Shown one piece after another: positions 44,026 to 53,387 of a stretch of 64,000 nucleotides of DNA. The stretch is from NCBI GenBank assembly GCA_963798085.1, contig CAWCRS010000007.1, positions 576,001 to 640,000 on the forward strand. The letters run 5' to 3'. A model generated the notes under the pieces. The model was not told the DNA's origin. It searched no databases and saw only the letters and a program-made list of their open reading frames with translations. The first letter of the stretch is position 1. Each line of letters starts with the position of its first letter. Origin of the DNA: an uncultured Gemmatimonadales bacterium. GTDB taxonomy: Bacteria > Gemmatimonadota > Gemmatimonadetes > Longimicrobiales > RSA9. Made by a program: the position numbers and the translations under genes.

Positions 44026-45427
44026 CTATTTGCCCGCCAGCGGATCCCCCACGTGACAGGCCTTGCAGATGATCGGGTTCTTCTGCTGCGCGCGTCTGGC
44101 GTCGAAATCCTTGCCGTGCGGACTCACCTGGAACGCGCCCAGTGTGGAGTGGCACTGCAGGCAGTCGCGCTGCTGGTGGCAGGACACGCACCCATCCAGG
44201 CCTCGCCGCGCGGCCGCCGCCGTGGCGCAGCAGCCAGAGCGGCTCCGCATCGTGGAAGACGGGGCTCAGCAGACGGCCCTGCGCCGTCTGGCCCGCCTGC
44301 TGGTGACAGCTGCGGCAGAACACCTTCGGATCGTGGCAGTTCGAGCACTCCATGCGGCCGTTGTAGGCGGACGCGGAATGCGAAACCATGAAATCCGGTG
44401 GATGGAAGCTGGCGCGCGCGGGCGCACTGTGGCACTGCTCGCAGAAGCTGGTGGTGTGACAGGTCGCGCACTCGTTGCGATCCGTAGCCGCCAGTCCTCC
44501 GTGATTGCTCGGGAACGAGGGCGAGGCATGCGACAGCGGCTTGCTGCGCTGCACGGATACGCCCTGCGCCGCCGTACTGGAACGCGACGGCAGCCCTGCC
44601 GCCACAGGCGGCAGTCGCTCGCTATGGCAGGTGGCGCAGCTCTCGCGCGTATGGCACGTCGCGCAGGCCGCGACGGATGCATCCCGGCCGTGTGTCACCG
44701 GAAAGTCTGACCGGTCGTGCGACGCGGGCTTCACATAGTGCGCCGCGATCGTTGCGTAAGGCAGTGTTTGGGGCGCTTCCGGGATGCGCGTGATCGCGTC
44801 CACGCGGGTCGCGTTCACGTGGCACGACGCGCACTGCTGGCGTACGTGACAGAACTGGCAGCTGGCTCCGCTCTGCTGTGCGGCGCGTCCGTGATCACTG
44901 AGGAACGTCGGGCTCGCGTGGCTGGTCGGTCTGGGAAGCGCTGCCAGTCTGTCCGCTGGCAGGTTGCTGCTGGCCAGGGCCGCGTGGCACGTCGAGCACG
45001 GCGCATCCACGTAGTGATCGGTTGCCGGATGCCCGTGGCAGCTCAGACAGGTGGTTGGCCGCGCTGGCGACACATGACCGGCCTGGTCGTGGCAGGAGGC
45101 ACACTGCAGCTGCGGGCTCTCGCTCGATGTCGCCTGCGCGTGGGTGGCGTGGCTGAAGCGCAGGAGCGTGACGCGCGGCGATCGCGGCGACCAGGTGACC
45201 CGGCGCACCTGCGTGCCATCGTGACAGCGTGCGCACAGCTCCGTGGCGGGAAAATGGTCCGCCACGTTGCCGCTCTCCATGACGTGGCAGCCGGTGCAGA
45301 ACGGGAACAGCCGGGCGTGCAGATCGTGCGGGAACGCGCTTTGTTGCCTCGCCGCGCGCGCCAGTACGCCGCCCGCGGCCAGCACGGCCAGCGCCACGCC
45401 GAGCAGCAGAACGCGCAGGGTCTTCAT
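44026..45427 (-). CDS. Exported 16-heme c-type cytochrome (frameshift near 44220)
   Basis: Signal peptide; 13 CxxCH in ORF 43196..45427 plus 3 more (CVSCH, CLQCH, CKACH) in ORF 44026..44250. Confidence 0.9.
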
Positions 45428-46893
45428 CGGCCACCCAGGCGCGCACCCGGATCGCTGCCGAAGCCAATGCGCAGTGACGCAAAACCGCGCAGCTGGTTCC
45501 AGTCGGGCGTGCCCACGCGTCCCGTGAATGTCTGGTGGTAGATGTTGCCGCCCACATCGATGCCGGTGCGTGTGTTCAGGTCGTAACCCAGCGACGCGCC
45601 GCCACCCAGCACCGCACCCTCACCCACGCGGAATTCCTCGATCTGCTGGAACGCCGTGCCGTTCAGCGTGACCGTCAGGTGCTCGTTGGCCTGCCAGCGC
45701 GCGAAAGCGCGGCCCGAGCTGAGGAAGGCGCCGAAGCCCTTCTCGATGTCGTACTGTCCATCCAAGGTCCATGCCGCCCGCGGCGACCAGCGTGCACCCA
45801 CGCCGCCGCGCTGTGCATGGTCGGGCAGCTCGCTGATCACGATGGGTGCGTTGGTCGGCTGGTACTTGCGATAGCCGCCATTGGCGCGCAACGACAGCGT
45901 GCGCGACGGGCTCCAGCTTGCACGCAGCTCGCCCTCGTGGTAGGCGGCGGGATCGAAGAAGCCCCAGATCGTCCACAGCTCGAAGTACGGCACATAGCGG
46001 CGACCGGTGGCTTCGAGCCAGAACGAGCCGTTGCGGCCCAGCGGCGCACGCACCGTGACGTCCGATGTGCCCACGCGGTTGAAGGCGACGTCGTAGTCGC
46101 TCGACGCCGTGAGGCTCATGCGGCGGGGCAGCGGTGCGCGCAGGTCCAGCGAGGCGCGCTCCGAGAGCAGGCCGGACCGGTCCGACCAGATCTCGCGCTG
46201 ATAACGCGCTGTCAGGTTGATGCCGGGCAGCGGTTCGATCCAGGCGGCACCGCCCAGCAGCCATGCGCTGCGGTCCAGCACGAAGTCCTCGACATTCTGC
46301 AGCGCTGCGTTGCGCGGCTCGTCCAGGCCGCGCGCCAGGCTGCGGCCGCCATACGCCTCGATCTGCACGTGCCTGAGCGGCTCGCCCATCACGCTGGCGC
46401 CATCGAATCCCGCGAACCCCAGTCCGCTGGTGGAGCGCTGCCGGCCCACGCGCACCCGCCATGTGCTGCGGTCCAGCTCGAGGTAGGCGAGCATGGCGTC
46501 GAACGCATGGTCCGCGCGCGGCCACGTGAAATCGCTGCCCGCATCCGTTCGCGCGCGCACCAGCACCGTCGCGCTCAGCCCGGTGAGGCCCAGGCCCCAC
46601 GCCGTGAAGCTCACGTCTTCCGCCGCCAGTACCGCGTGCTCGACCCGGCCGGCCTCGTAGCGGATGCAGATGGGCTGGCCGGCGACGCACACGATGGGCA
46701 CACCCTGGTACGTGTATTCGCCGTTAGGGCCGGGCGTGGCGGCGCTGAGTGGAATCGTGTCGCGCACCAGCGGCCGGATCTGCACGTACTGCCCTGTGCT
46801 CGTGGCGGTGCCGCGCAGGCTCTGCGCTGCCGCCGGCGAGGTCATGGCGATGAGCCCCGTGAGACTGAGCCACAGCATGTGGCGCGCACTCAC
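45424..46893 (-). CDS. Putative outer-membrane beta-barrel porin of a porin-cytochrome complex
   Basis: Signal peptide (AAA|Q); no CxxCH; many amphipathic beta-strands rich in W/Y/F/G/R; stop-start overlaps with both flanking cytochromes. Confidence 0.7.
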   Translation of the reverse strand: MSARHMLWLSLTGLIAMTSPAAAQSLRGTATSTGQYVQIRPLVRDTIPLSAATPGPNGEYTYQGVPIVCVAGQPICIRYEAGRVEHAVLAAEDVSFTAWGLGLTGLSATVLVRARTDAGSDFTWPRADHAFDAMLAYLELDRSTWRVRVGRQRSTSGLGFAGFDGASVMGEPLRHVQIEAYGGRSLARGLDEPRNAALQNVEDFVLDRSAWLLGGAAWIEPLPGINLTARYQREIWSDRSGLLSERASLDLRAPLPRRMSLTASSDYDVAFNRVGTSDVTVRAPLGRNGSFWLEATGRRYVPYFELWTIWGFFDPAAYHEGELRASWSPSRTLSLRANGGYRKYQPTNAPIVISELPDHAQRGGVGARWSPRAAWTLDGQYDIEKGFGAFLSSGRAFARWQANEHLTVTLNGTAFQQIEEFRVGEGAVLGGGASLGYDLNTRTGIDVGGNIYHQTFTGRVGTPDWNQLRGFASLRIGFGSDPGARLGGR

Positions 46894-47621
46894 TGGTCAC
46901 CTCGCGCGTCATGGAAGGGGGGCAGAATGTGACAGTTCACACAGCGCTCGCCCGGACAATGCGTGGTGCGGTCGCGATGACACGAGACACAGACTTGTCG
47001 CGTGCGCGGGTCGCCCGCAATGAAATCGGGCTTGTGGCAGCTGCTCCCCGCGCAGCTCAGGTGCACCGCGAGCGGGTGCACGTTCGCCGGCGGCTGCGCG
47101 TGGCAGGCCGTACAGTCGCGCACGCTCTGGTGGTGATCCGCATGACAGGACGCACACAGGTTCGCCGCCACACTGCGCGTCTGCGCATCCGCGTGGCAGC
47201 GCGTGCACTCGACTGTCGCGTGCCGCTCGTGCACGAACGGCAGATTGCGCGGCAGCGGTGCGCGGTTCGCGATCGTCGCGGTCTGTGCGTACAGGTAGGT
47301 GTGTCCGGCATTGGCCGCCGGGGCATGGCAGTTGGCGCAGGTCTTCGACGTCGCCGTCTCGTGATGACAGCGCTGGCAGTCGGCAGGCCGCGAAATCGTG
47401 AGTTTGCCGTGCGCCTGCGTCGAGCTGTGGCACGTGCTGCACTCGAGCTTGCGATGCGGCTGATGCGAGAACGGCTGCTGGCGCGCCATTTCCTGCGCCC
47501 CGGCGCGCGCCGGCGTGATGCCACCCGCGAGCAGCAGACCGGAAGTCGCAAGGCAATAATTGAGCATCCGCCGCACGCGCGAGCGCGGCCCTGCTGTCAG
47601 ACGCCGGAGCTGGGAAAGCAC
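46890..47621 (-). CDS. Periplasmic multiheme cytochrome c (c3-like; 8 CxxCH + 1 CX4CH)
   Basis: FSHxxH and FxHxxH c3-type ligands; CSTCH, CQRCH, CANCH, CTRCH, CASCH, CTACH, CAGSSCH, CVSCH, CVNCH; signal peptide AGA|Q; start may be downstream. Confidence 0.9.
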   Translation of the reverse strand: MLSQLRRLTAGPRSRVRRMLNYCLATSGLLLAGGITPARAGAQEMARQQPFSHQPHRKLECSTCHSSTQAHGKLTISRPADCQRCHHETATSKTCANCHAPAANAGHTYLYAQTATIANRAPLPRNLPFVHERHATVECTRCHADAQTRSVAANLCASCHADHHQSVRDCTACHAQPPANVHPLAVHLSCAGSSCHKPDFIAGDPRTRQVCVSCHRDRTTHCPGERCVNCHILPPFHDARGDQ

Positions 47622-47655
47622 TCGTCGTGTTCCCGGTTCAGTGCGGTGGTAAATG

Positions 47656-47702
47656 GATCGACCCCGGAAGGCGGCTGTTCCGCCGGCCCTCCGAGGTCGA
47701 TC
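47656..47702 (-). terminator. Intra-operon 17-bp hairpin
   Basis: On the minus strand GATCGACCTCGGAGGGC..GCCTTCCGGGGTCGATC is fully paired, including two G-U. Confidence 0.55.
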
Positions 47703-47720
47703 TGCGACTGCGTTCCTCCC

Positions 47721-49160
47721 TTACTTGATGCGCGTCTTCTGCAGAATGTTATCCAGCACGATGCCCGGAGGCGCCGTGATTCCGTAGTCCTTCGTGATCT
47801 GCTTGATGCTGCCCGTGACCAGTGCCTCGGTCAGGAACGGATTATGGATGACCGAGCCATCGAAGTCGCGCGCCAGGCTCAGGTCGAACGACGCACCCTC
47901 GCCGGTCGTCAGTTTGCCATCGCTCGTATTGAACTCCGTCGACGGAATCTTCTTGATCATCGCATCCAGCGTGTTGGTCAGCACGTCGATGCGACTTTGC
48001 GCGGCAATGAAGGCGGAGCGAGCCGATACCTCGGTGTGACAGCCGGTGGCGGCGCAGCTCTTGAACGTACGTGCGCTGATATCGCAATTACCAGCCGTCG
48101 GCAGACCCTTCGAGTCGAGGCAGGGAATGGGCTCGAACAAGTGCCCTGTCGCCTGGAACACGAAGCTGCCCGTATTCGGATCCGTCACCTGGAAACGATT
48201 CACATGGCACGTCGCGCACAGACGGGGATTCGAATCACTCCCGTGCGTCGCGACCAGCTCACCCGGGTTCACCCCGAAATCGGGCGGGAACCAGCCGGCG
48301 TTGCCCAGCAGCAGCGCACCCTGGGGCGCGTGCGGTCCGCGCGTAGAGGTCAGCTCCGGCGTGACGCGCCGGTCATGGCACTTCATGCACAGGTTCTGCT
48401 CTTCGCTCGGCACATCGATGGGGAAGCGCAACTGCGCGCTGTTGGCCTTCTCGTGCGGGTCGTGGCAGACGGCGCACACGATCGCCAGGTGCGCGCTCGC
48501 ATTGTTCGCCAGGCTGTCCTTCTCCAGGTAGTTCGAGTTGATGCCCCACGCCCGCAGAATGCCTTCGCCTACGTGGCAGCCCTGGCATGCGGTGTTGCCT
48601 GCCGGCGAGGGTTCGATGTTGGCGTGCAGCGACTGCCGCCACTCGGTCACGAACGGCTCGTGCGTGCCGCTGTGGCACTCGCCGCAGCCCGTCGTCAGAC
48701 CGGTGTCCACCTTCATCGGCGCCAGCGGCACGTTCGTCGCCTGCGGGTTCTGCACGTGCGTCAGACCCGGGCCATGGCAGTTCTCGCATTGCACGTCGTG
48801 GTAACGTGCATCCTTGGTCACTGTGTAGCCGCCGTCCGCGACCGTCTTGTTGCCCAGCGCGCTCACGGAGTGGCAGTTCTCGCACGCGGCAGACGCGTGG
48901 CCGCTCGCCTGCAGATCCGCCCAGGCGCCGGCGTGCTTGGTCTGCGCCCAGGACGTCTGGTTGTTGACGTGACAGTTGCCACAAACAGTGAGTTTGGTGG
49001 CTTCGTCCGTGTATCCCAGAAAGTTGGCGGCGCCCGGCGGTGGCTCGGTGAACAACTCGCGATCGCGGAATACGACCTTCTCGTCCACGCAACTGGCGCT
49101 CGCAAGACCGAGCAGAAGAATCAGGCTCAGTCGCTTGCCGTGTCCGGTTACGAGCGGCAT
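47721..49160 (-). CDS. Lipoprotein multiheme cytochrome c (8 CxxCH + 1 CX4CH) with helical C-terminus
   Basis: AGGGGG SD; lipobox LASAS|C; CGNCH, CENCH x2, CGECH, CQGCH, CAVCH, CMKCH, CATCH, CAATGCH; DGS.IHNP C-terminal motif. Confidence 0.9.
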   Translation of the reverse strand: MPLVTGHGKRLSLILLLGLASASCVDEKVVFRDRELFTEPPPGAANFLGYTDEATKLTVCGNCHVNNQTSWAQTKHAGAWADLQASGHASAACENCHSVSALGNKTVADGGYTVTKDARYHDVQCENCHGPGLTHVQNPQATNVPLAPMKVDTGLTTGCGECHSGTHEPFVTEWRQSLHANIEPSPAGNTACQGCHVGEGILRAWGINSNYLEKDSLANNASAHLAIVCAVCHDPHEKANSAQLRFPIDVPSEEQNLCMKCHDRRVTPELTSTRGPHAPQGALLLGNAGWFPPDFGVNPGELVATHGSDSNPRLCATCHVNRFQVTDPNTGSFVFQATGHLFEPIPCLDSKGLPTAGNCDISARTFKSCAATGCHTEVSARSAFIAAQSRIDVLTNTLDAMIKKIPSTEFNTSDGKLTTGEGASFDLSLARDFDGSVIHNPFLTEALVTGSIKQITKDYGITAPPGIVLDNILQKTRIK

Positions 49161-49603
49161 CCGTTCCCCCCTTATTACTGCCCAGCGTGTTGGGGCAGCC
49201 GATTCGCCGGCTGCCAGTCTCTGCTGCACGATCGTCATCGGTTTCTGCCGATGGACCTCGCGGTGGACCGGGCTCAAAGGGAGCGCGCACAGCCGCCCGC
49301 ACAGCCCGATGCTTCCCCGCGAACTCGCTTGTTATTCTAGGTAGTCTCCCGGAACCATTTCGCCAGCAAATGCCGGAATGGTTGTGGTGATTTTCCTGAC
49401 GCCGGTGTAGGGCGTATCAGCAAGTCTGCTTGCGTGTTAGCCTCGACGGCAGGGCGCCGCGGAAGGCCCTGATCGCCCGCCCGCGTACCCGTAACGATCG
49501 CCCGGCAATGCCCCAAACCCTTGCGGTATGTGCCGATAGCCCGCAAGCTACAAGGGTGGTTCGTGGGAGCGGCTCCCCTGCTCCCGCTTGGGACGACGAG
49601 TGA

Positions 49604-51652
49604 ATGAGTGATTCTAGCGGGCCCGCAGCCCCTGCGAGTGCTGCGATGCGGCACGGTCTGGTGGGATCGGAACCTCGCGCAGACTACCTGGCCATCGCGT
49701 TCGAACACACGACGCGGCTGATTACCGTTCTGTCTCCGGAAGGCATCTTCCTGGAAGCCAATCGCGCGGTCTGCGAGTTCGTTCAGCTGCCCGCGGAGGA
49801 GCTGATCGGCCGGAGCGTCTGGGACATGGCCTCCAGCTCCGGCATCGAGCAATTCCGGGTCGCATGGAACCGGGCGTTGCTCGGCGAGACCGTCCAGTAC
49901 CGTTCGTCTGACAGGCGTACCGGCCGCACCGTCTGGTTCGACATCACCCTTACTCCCGTCCTCGACGCCCGCGGCGATATCGGCCTGGTTGTAAGCGAAG
50001 CGCGCGATGTCACGGAGATCGAGCTGGCCGAGCGCGAGGTGCGTCTGTCGCGCGAAAAATACGCCGGCATCGTGGACATCTCCGCTGATGCCATCATTTC
50101 ACTGGACGAAGCCCTCCGCATTACGGATTTCAACAAAGGCGCTGAGCGCATTTTCGGCTATGCGGCGGGCGAGATCGTCGGCGAGCCGCTCGACCTGCTG
50201 ATCCCGGAGCGCTTCCGCACGGCTCATCGCTCGCACATCCGCGCGTTCGGAACCTCGTCTGTGGACGCCCGGCGCATGGGCGAGCGCCAGGGAATCTGGG
50301 GCATCCGCAAGGGCGGTGACGAGTTCCCGGCGGATGCGAGTATCTCCAAGCAGGTGATTGACGGGCAGCGCGTCTACACGGTGGTGCTGCGCGACAACTC
50401 ACTGCCCAAACAGCTCGAATCCGTGCAACGCTTCCTGGCTCGCGCGGGAAGCCTGCTGGCATCGTCGCTCAATGTGGCGACGACGTTCGACAGCGTCGCC
50501 AGCCTGGCCGCCGACTTCATTGCCGACTGCTGCGTGATCTACGATGCGCGCGAGCCGGGTGCGCCGCGGCGCGTGGCCGTCGCGACACGAGTACCGGCGA
50601 AGGAGGCGGTGCTGAACGCGTATCGCGGCCGCCCGTTGCGGCTGGACAGTCAGCACCCGGTGATGCGCGTGCTGGAGACGGGCGAGCCGTTGCTGCTGCA
50701 GGAGGCGGAAGTCGCAGCGTCGTCAACCGGGGATGGCGACGCTGGCCTGCTGCGCGAACTGCCCGTACGCTCGGCCATGTTCGTGCCACTGGGCGCGCGC
50801 GGTCGCACCTGGGGCGCCATCGCGTTCTTCAACGTGGCGAGCGAGTCGCGCTTTGATACGGAAGATGTGGGACTGGCCCAGCAGCTGGCCTCGCGCGCAT
50901 CCCTCGCCATCGACAATGCGCAGCTCTACCAGTCCGCGAAGGACGCGATTTCCGCCCGTGACGACGTGCTGGCCGTCGTTTCCCACGACCTGGGCAATCC
51001 GCTCAGCGCCATTCGCATTGGCGTGTCGCTGCTGCTGCGCAACACTACGCACGGTCGTCAGGGCGAGGGCTGGGAGCACCTCTCGGGCATCAAGCAGTCC
51101 GTCGAGCAGATGGAGCGGCTCATCCGCGATCTGCTCGACATCAAGCGCATCGAGGCAGGACATCTCTCGCTCGACTGGAAACCGCTGCGGCCCGCCCTGC
51201 TGGTGAACAGTGTGATCGAAATGTTTGCGGCCATCGCCGCCCAGAAATCGATTGCGCTGAAGGCGCGCGTGGCCACCCGGCTGCCGGCCGTGCGCGCCGA
51301 CCGCGAACGCATCATCCAGGTCCTCTCCAACCTGATCGGCAATGCCCTGAAGTTCACGCCCAAGGGCGGCGTGATCGAGGTACACGCATCGTCAGTCGAC
51401 CGGCACGTCCTCTTTTCCGTGCGCGACAATGGCGCCGGCATCACGCCCGAAGACCTGGAGCACATCTTTGACCGCTTCTGGCGCGCCCGTCGGATGCAAC
51501 GCGAATCAGGGGCCGGACTGGGCCTGGGTCTCGCCATTGTGAAAGGCATTGTGCAGGCGCATGGCGGACGTGTCTGGGCGGAGAGTCAGCCGCAGCAGGG
51601 CACAGCGGTATACTTCACCATCCCCACGGTGCGCGAGGCCGCCCCCGCCTGA
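49604..51652 (+). CDS. Cytoplasmic PAS-PAS-GAF histidine kinase
   Basis: Two PAS domains (second FixL-like: FNKGAERIFGY..LIPERFRTAH), GAF, VSHDLGNPL, NLIGNALKFT, DNGAGI, GLGLGL. Confidence 0.93.
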   Translation: MSDSSGPAAPASAAMRHGLVGSEPRADYLAIAFEHTTRLITVLSPEGIFLEANRAVCEFVQLPAEELIGRSVWDMASSSGIEQFRVAWNRALLGETVQYRSSDRRTGRTVWFDITLTPVLDARGDIGLVVSEARDVTEIELAEREVRLSREKYAGIVDISADAIISLDEALRITDFNKGAERIFGYAAGEIVGEPLDLLIPERFRTAHRSHIRAFGTSSVDARRMGERQGIWGIRKGGDEFPADASISKQVIDGQRVYTVVLRDNSLPKQLESVQRFLARAGSLLASSLNVATTFDSVASLAADFIADCCVIYDAREPGAPRRVAVATRVPAKEAVLNAYRGRPLRLDSQHPVMRVLETGEPLLLQEAEVAASSTGDGDAGLLRELPVRSAMFVPLGARGRTWGAIAFFNVASESRFDTEDVGLAQQLASRASLAIDNAQLYQSAKDAISARDDVLAVVSHDLGNPLSAIRIGVSLLLRNTTHGRQGEGWEHLSGIKQSVEQMERLIRDLLDIKRIEAGHLSLDWKPLRPALLVNSVIEMFAAIAAQKSIALKARVATRLPAVRADRERIIQVLSNLIGNALKFTPKGGVIEVHASSVDRHVLFSVRDNGAGITPEDLEHIFDRFWRARRMQRESGAGLGLGLAIVKGIVQAHGGRVWAESQPQQGTAVYFTIPTVREAAPA

Positions 51653-51822
51653 GCTTCGCGCACGCCGCGCGTCGCAGCACGTTGCCCCGCAAATCCAGCA
51701 CGCGTCGTCAGGTCGTCGCTTCCCGCCAGTCGTCCATCGCCCGACAGAGGCTCACCGCTCCGACCACCAGATTCCATGTATAGTGCGCGTGGAAGCGCAC
51801 GACGCGGTGAAGGGAGAGGACG

Positions 51823-52794
51823 CTGTTCCGATCGATTCTCGTGCCGCTCGACGGGTCCGCGTACGCGGAACAGGCGCTGGGCAGGGCCATGTGGGTGGCG
51901 AAGCGGGGCGCAGCCGCAGTGCGCCTGCTGCACGTGCGCCCGCCGCTCGTGGTACCCTACCACGTTGGCGCTGACATCGACGCGCTGCTGGCGGCGGAGA
52001 CATCCGTACGGCTGCACATGGGGGAGTACCTGGCGCTGCAGGCGAGGCGGCTCGGTCAGAGCGGTGACATCGCGGTTTCCAGCGAACTCGTCGAAGGTGC
52101 CGTCGTGCGCCGGATTCTGGAAACCGCGCGCGCGACAGGCAGTGATCTGATTGCCATGACCACGCACGGCAGCGGTGGTCTTTCGGATGCATGGCTGGGC
52201 AACGTGGCGGACGGCGTAATGCGCAATGCGCGCGTGCCGGTGCTGCTGGTGCGCGCGCGCCCTCGGCCGCCGGAACGCGCCGAGCCGTTCATCGGGCGCG
52301 TGCTCGTGCCACTGGATGGCTCGGCGCAATCCGAGACCGTGCTGGCTCCCACAACAGCCCTGGCCCGCATGGCTGCGCTCGCCGTCACCGTTCTCGCCGT
52401 GGTGACGTTGCCTGTCAGCGTGGGGGAGCCACCGATCATGCTGGGCGGCGCGCCGGATCCGGCGGAAGAGTACCGCCGCGCCAACGACTACGTACAGCGT
52501 GCCGAGGCGCAGCTGCGCGCCAGTGGCGTGGACGCCGTGGGCATCGTGCGCGTAGGACTGCACCCCGCCTCCGTGATCCTGGAGACGGCGAGCGAGCTGG
52601 ACGCGCACATCGTGGTCATGGCGACGCACGGGCGGAGTCGCCTGCACCGGCTGTCGATGGGAAGTGTATCGGACAAGGTGCTGCGCAGCACGCACGTGCC
52701 GGTGCTGCTGGTGCGACCGCCCGCGGACAGGCGAACCGTGCGTCCGTCCGACAGGGGCTACAGCAATGCGGGGCGGCAGGCCCGGCACGAATGA
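51823..52794 (+). CDS. Tandem universal stress protein (start probably CTG 51823; GTG 51841 alternative)
   Basis: FRSILVPLDGS; DLIAMTTHG..LGNVAD; second domain VLVPLDGS..MATHGR..GSVSDKV. Confidence 0.92.
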   Translation: MFRSILVPLDGSAYAEQALGRAMWVAKRGAAAVRLLHVRPPLVVPYHVGADIDALLAAETSVRLHMGEYLALQARRLGQSGDIAVSSELVEGAVVRRILETARATGSDLIAMTTHGSGGLSDAWLGNVADGVMRNARVPVLLVRARPRPPERAEPFIGRVLVPLDGSAQSETVLAPTTALARMAALAVTVLAVVTLPVSVGEPPIMLGGAPDPAEEYRRANDYVQRAEAQLRASGVDAVGIVRVGLHPASVILETASELDAHIVVMATHGRSRLHRLSMGSVSDKVLRSTHVPVLLVRPPADRRTVRPSDRGYSNAGRQARHE

Positions 52795-52814
52795 GACACG
52801 TCGTGGAGGGAGAC

Positions 52815-53369
52815 ATGACAACGTTGCGGGAAATCATGACGCGCGATCCTGTGACCGTGGGGCCGGAAGCGACCCTGCGCGAGCTGGTCGAGCTGCTCAC
52901 CAATCGATCGATCAGCGGCGTCCCTGTCGTGACCGGTTCCGGCGAAGTGGTGGGCGTCATCTCGGCGACCAATGTGCTCTCCTTCACCGCAAGTACGCCC
53001 GCGATACCCTCAGACCGCTCCGAATCGCTGGCCGAATGGGGCGAGGAACCGGACACGTCCGACGAAGACGACGAATCGACGCCCGAGTTCTACGCCGAGC
53101 TGTGGGCCGACTCGGAGGCAGACGTGCTCACGCGCGTCGATGGCGCCACCTCGCCGGAATGGGATCTGCTCGAGGAGCACACCGTGAGTGAAGTGATGAG
53201 CCGTCGCCTGCAGTCGGTTCCCATCGACGCGGACCTGCCGACCGTGGCCCGGCGCATGATCCGCGCTGGCGTGCACCGGTTGCTCGTACTGGAAGACAAA
53301 CACCTGGTTGGGCTGGTGACCACCACCGATTTCGTGCGCGCCGTGGCGGAGCGGCGCATCCCCGCCTGA
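52815..53369 (+). CDS. CBS-pair protein with acidic insertion
   Basis: EIMTRDPVTV, ISGVPVV..VGVIS, EVMS, VHRLLV..LVGLVT; GGAGG SD. Confidence 0.9.
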   Translation: MTTLREIMTRDPVTVGPEATLRELVELLTNRSISGVPVVTGSGEVVGVISATNVLSFTASTPAIPSDRSESLAEWGEEPDTSDEDDESTPEFYAELWADSEADVLTRVDGATSPEWDLLEEHTVSEVMSRRLQSVPIDADLPTVARRMIRAGVHRLLVLEDKHLVGLVTTTDFVRAVAERRIPA

Positions 53370-53387
53370 GAATGCGCCGCCCGCGTC

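Noticed and set aside
43196..44220. C-terminal extension of the 743-aa cytochrome ORF
   Set aside because: Frameshift read-through antisense to the NarL gene; the real end with three more hemes stops at 44026
47721..49160. NrfA-type nitrite reductase or OmcS/OmcZ nanowire call
   Set aside because: No CxxCK heme; no recognisable nanowire-family similarity by eye
49160..49604. FNR/CRP box in island promoters
   Set aside because: No TTGAT-N4-ATCAA-like site found by eye
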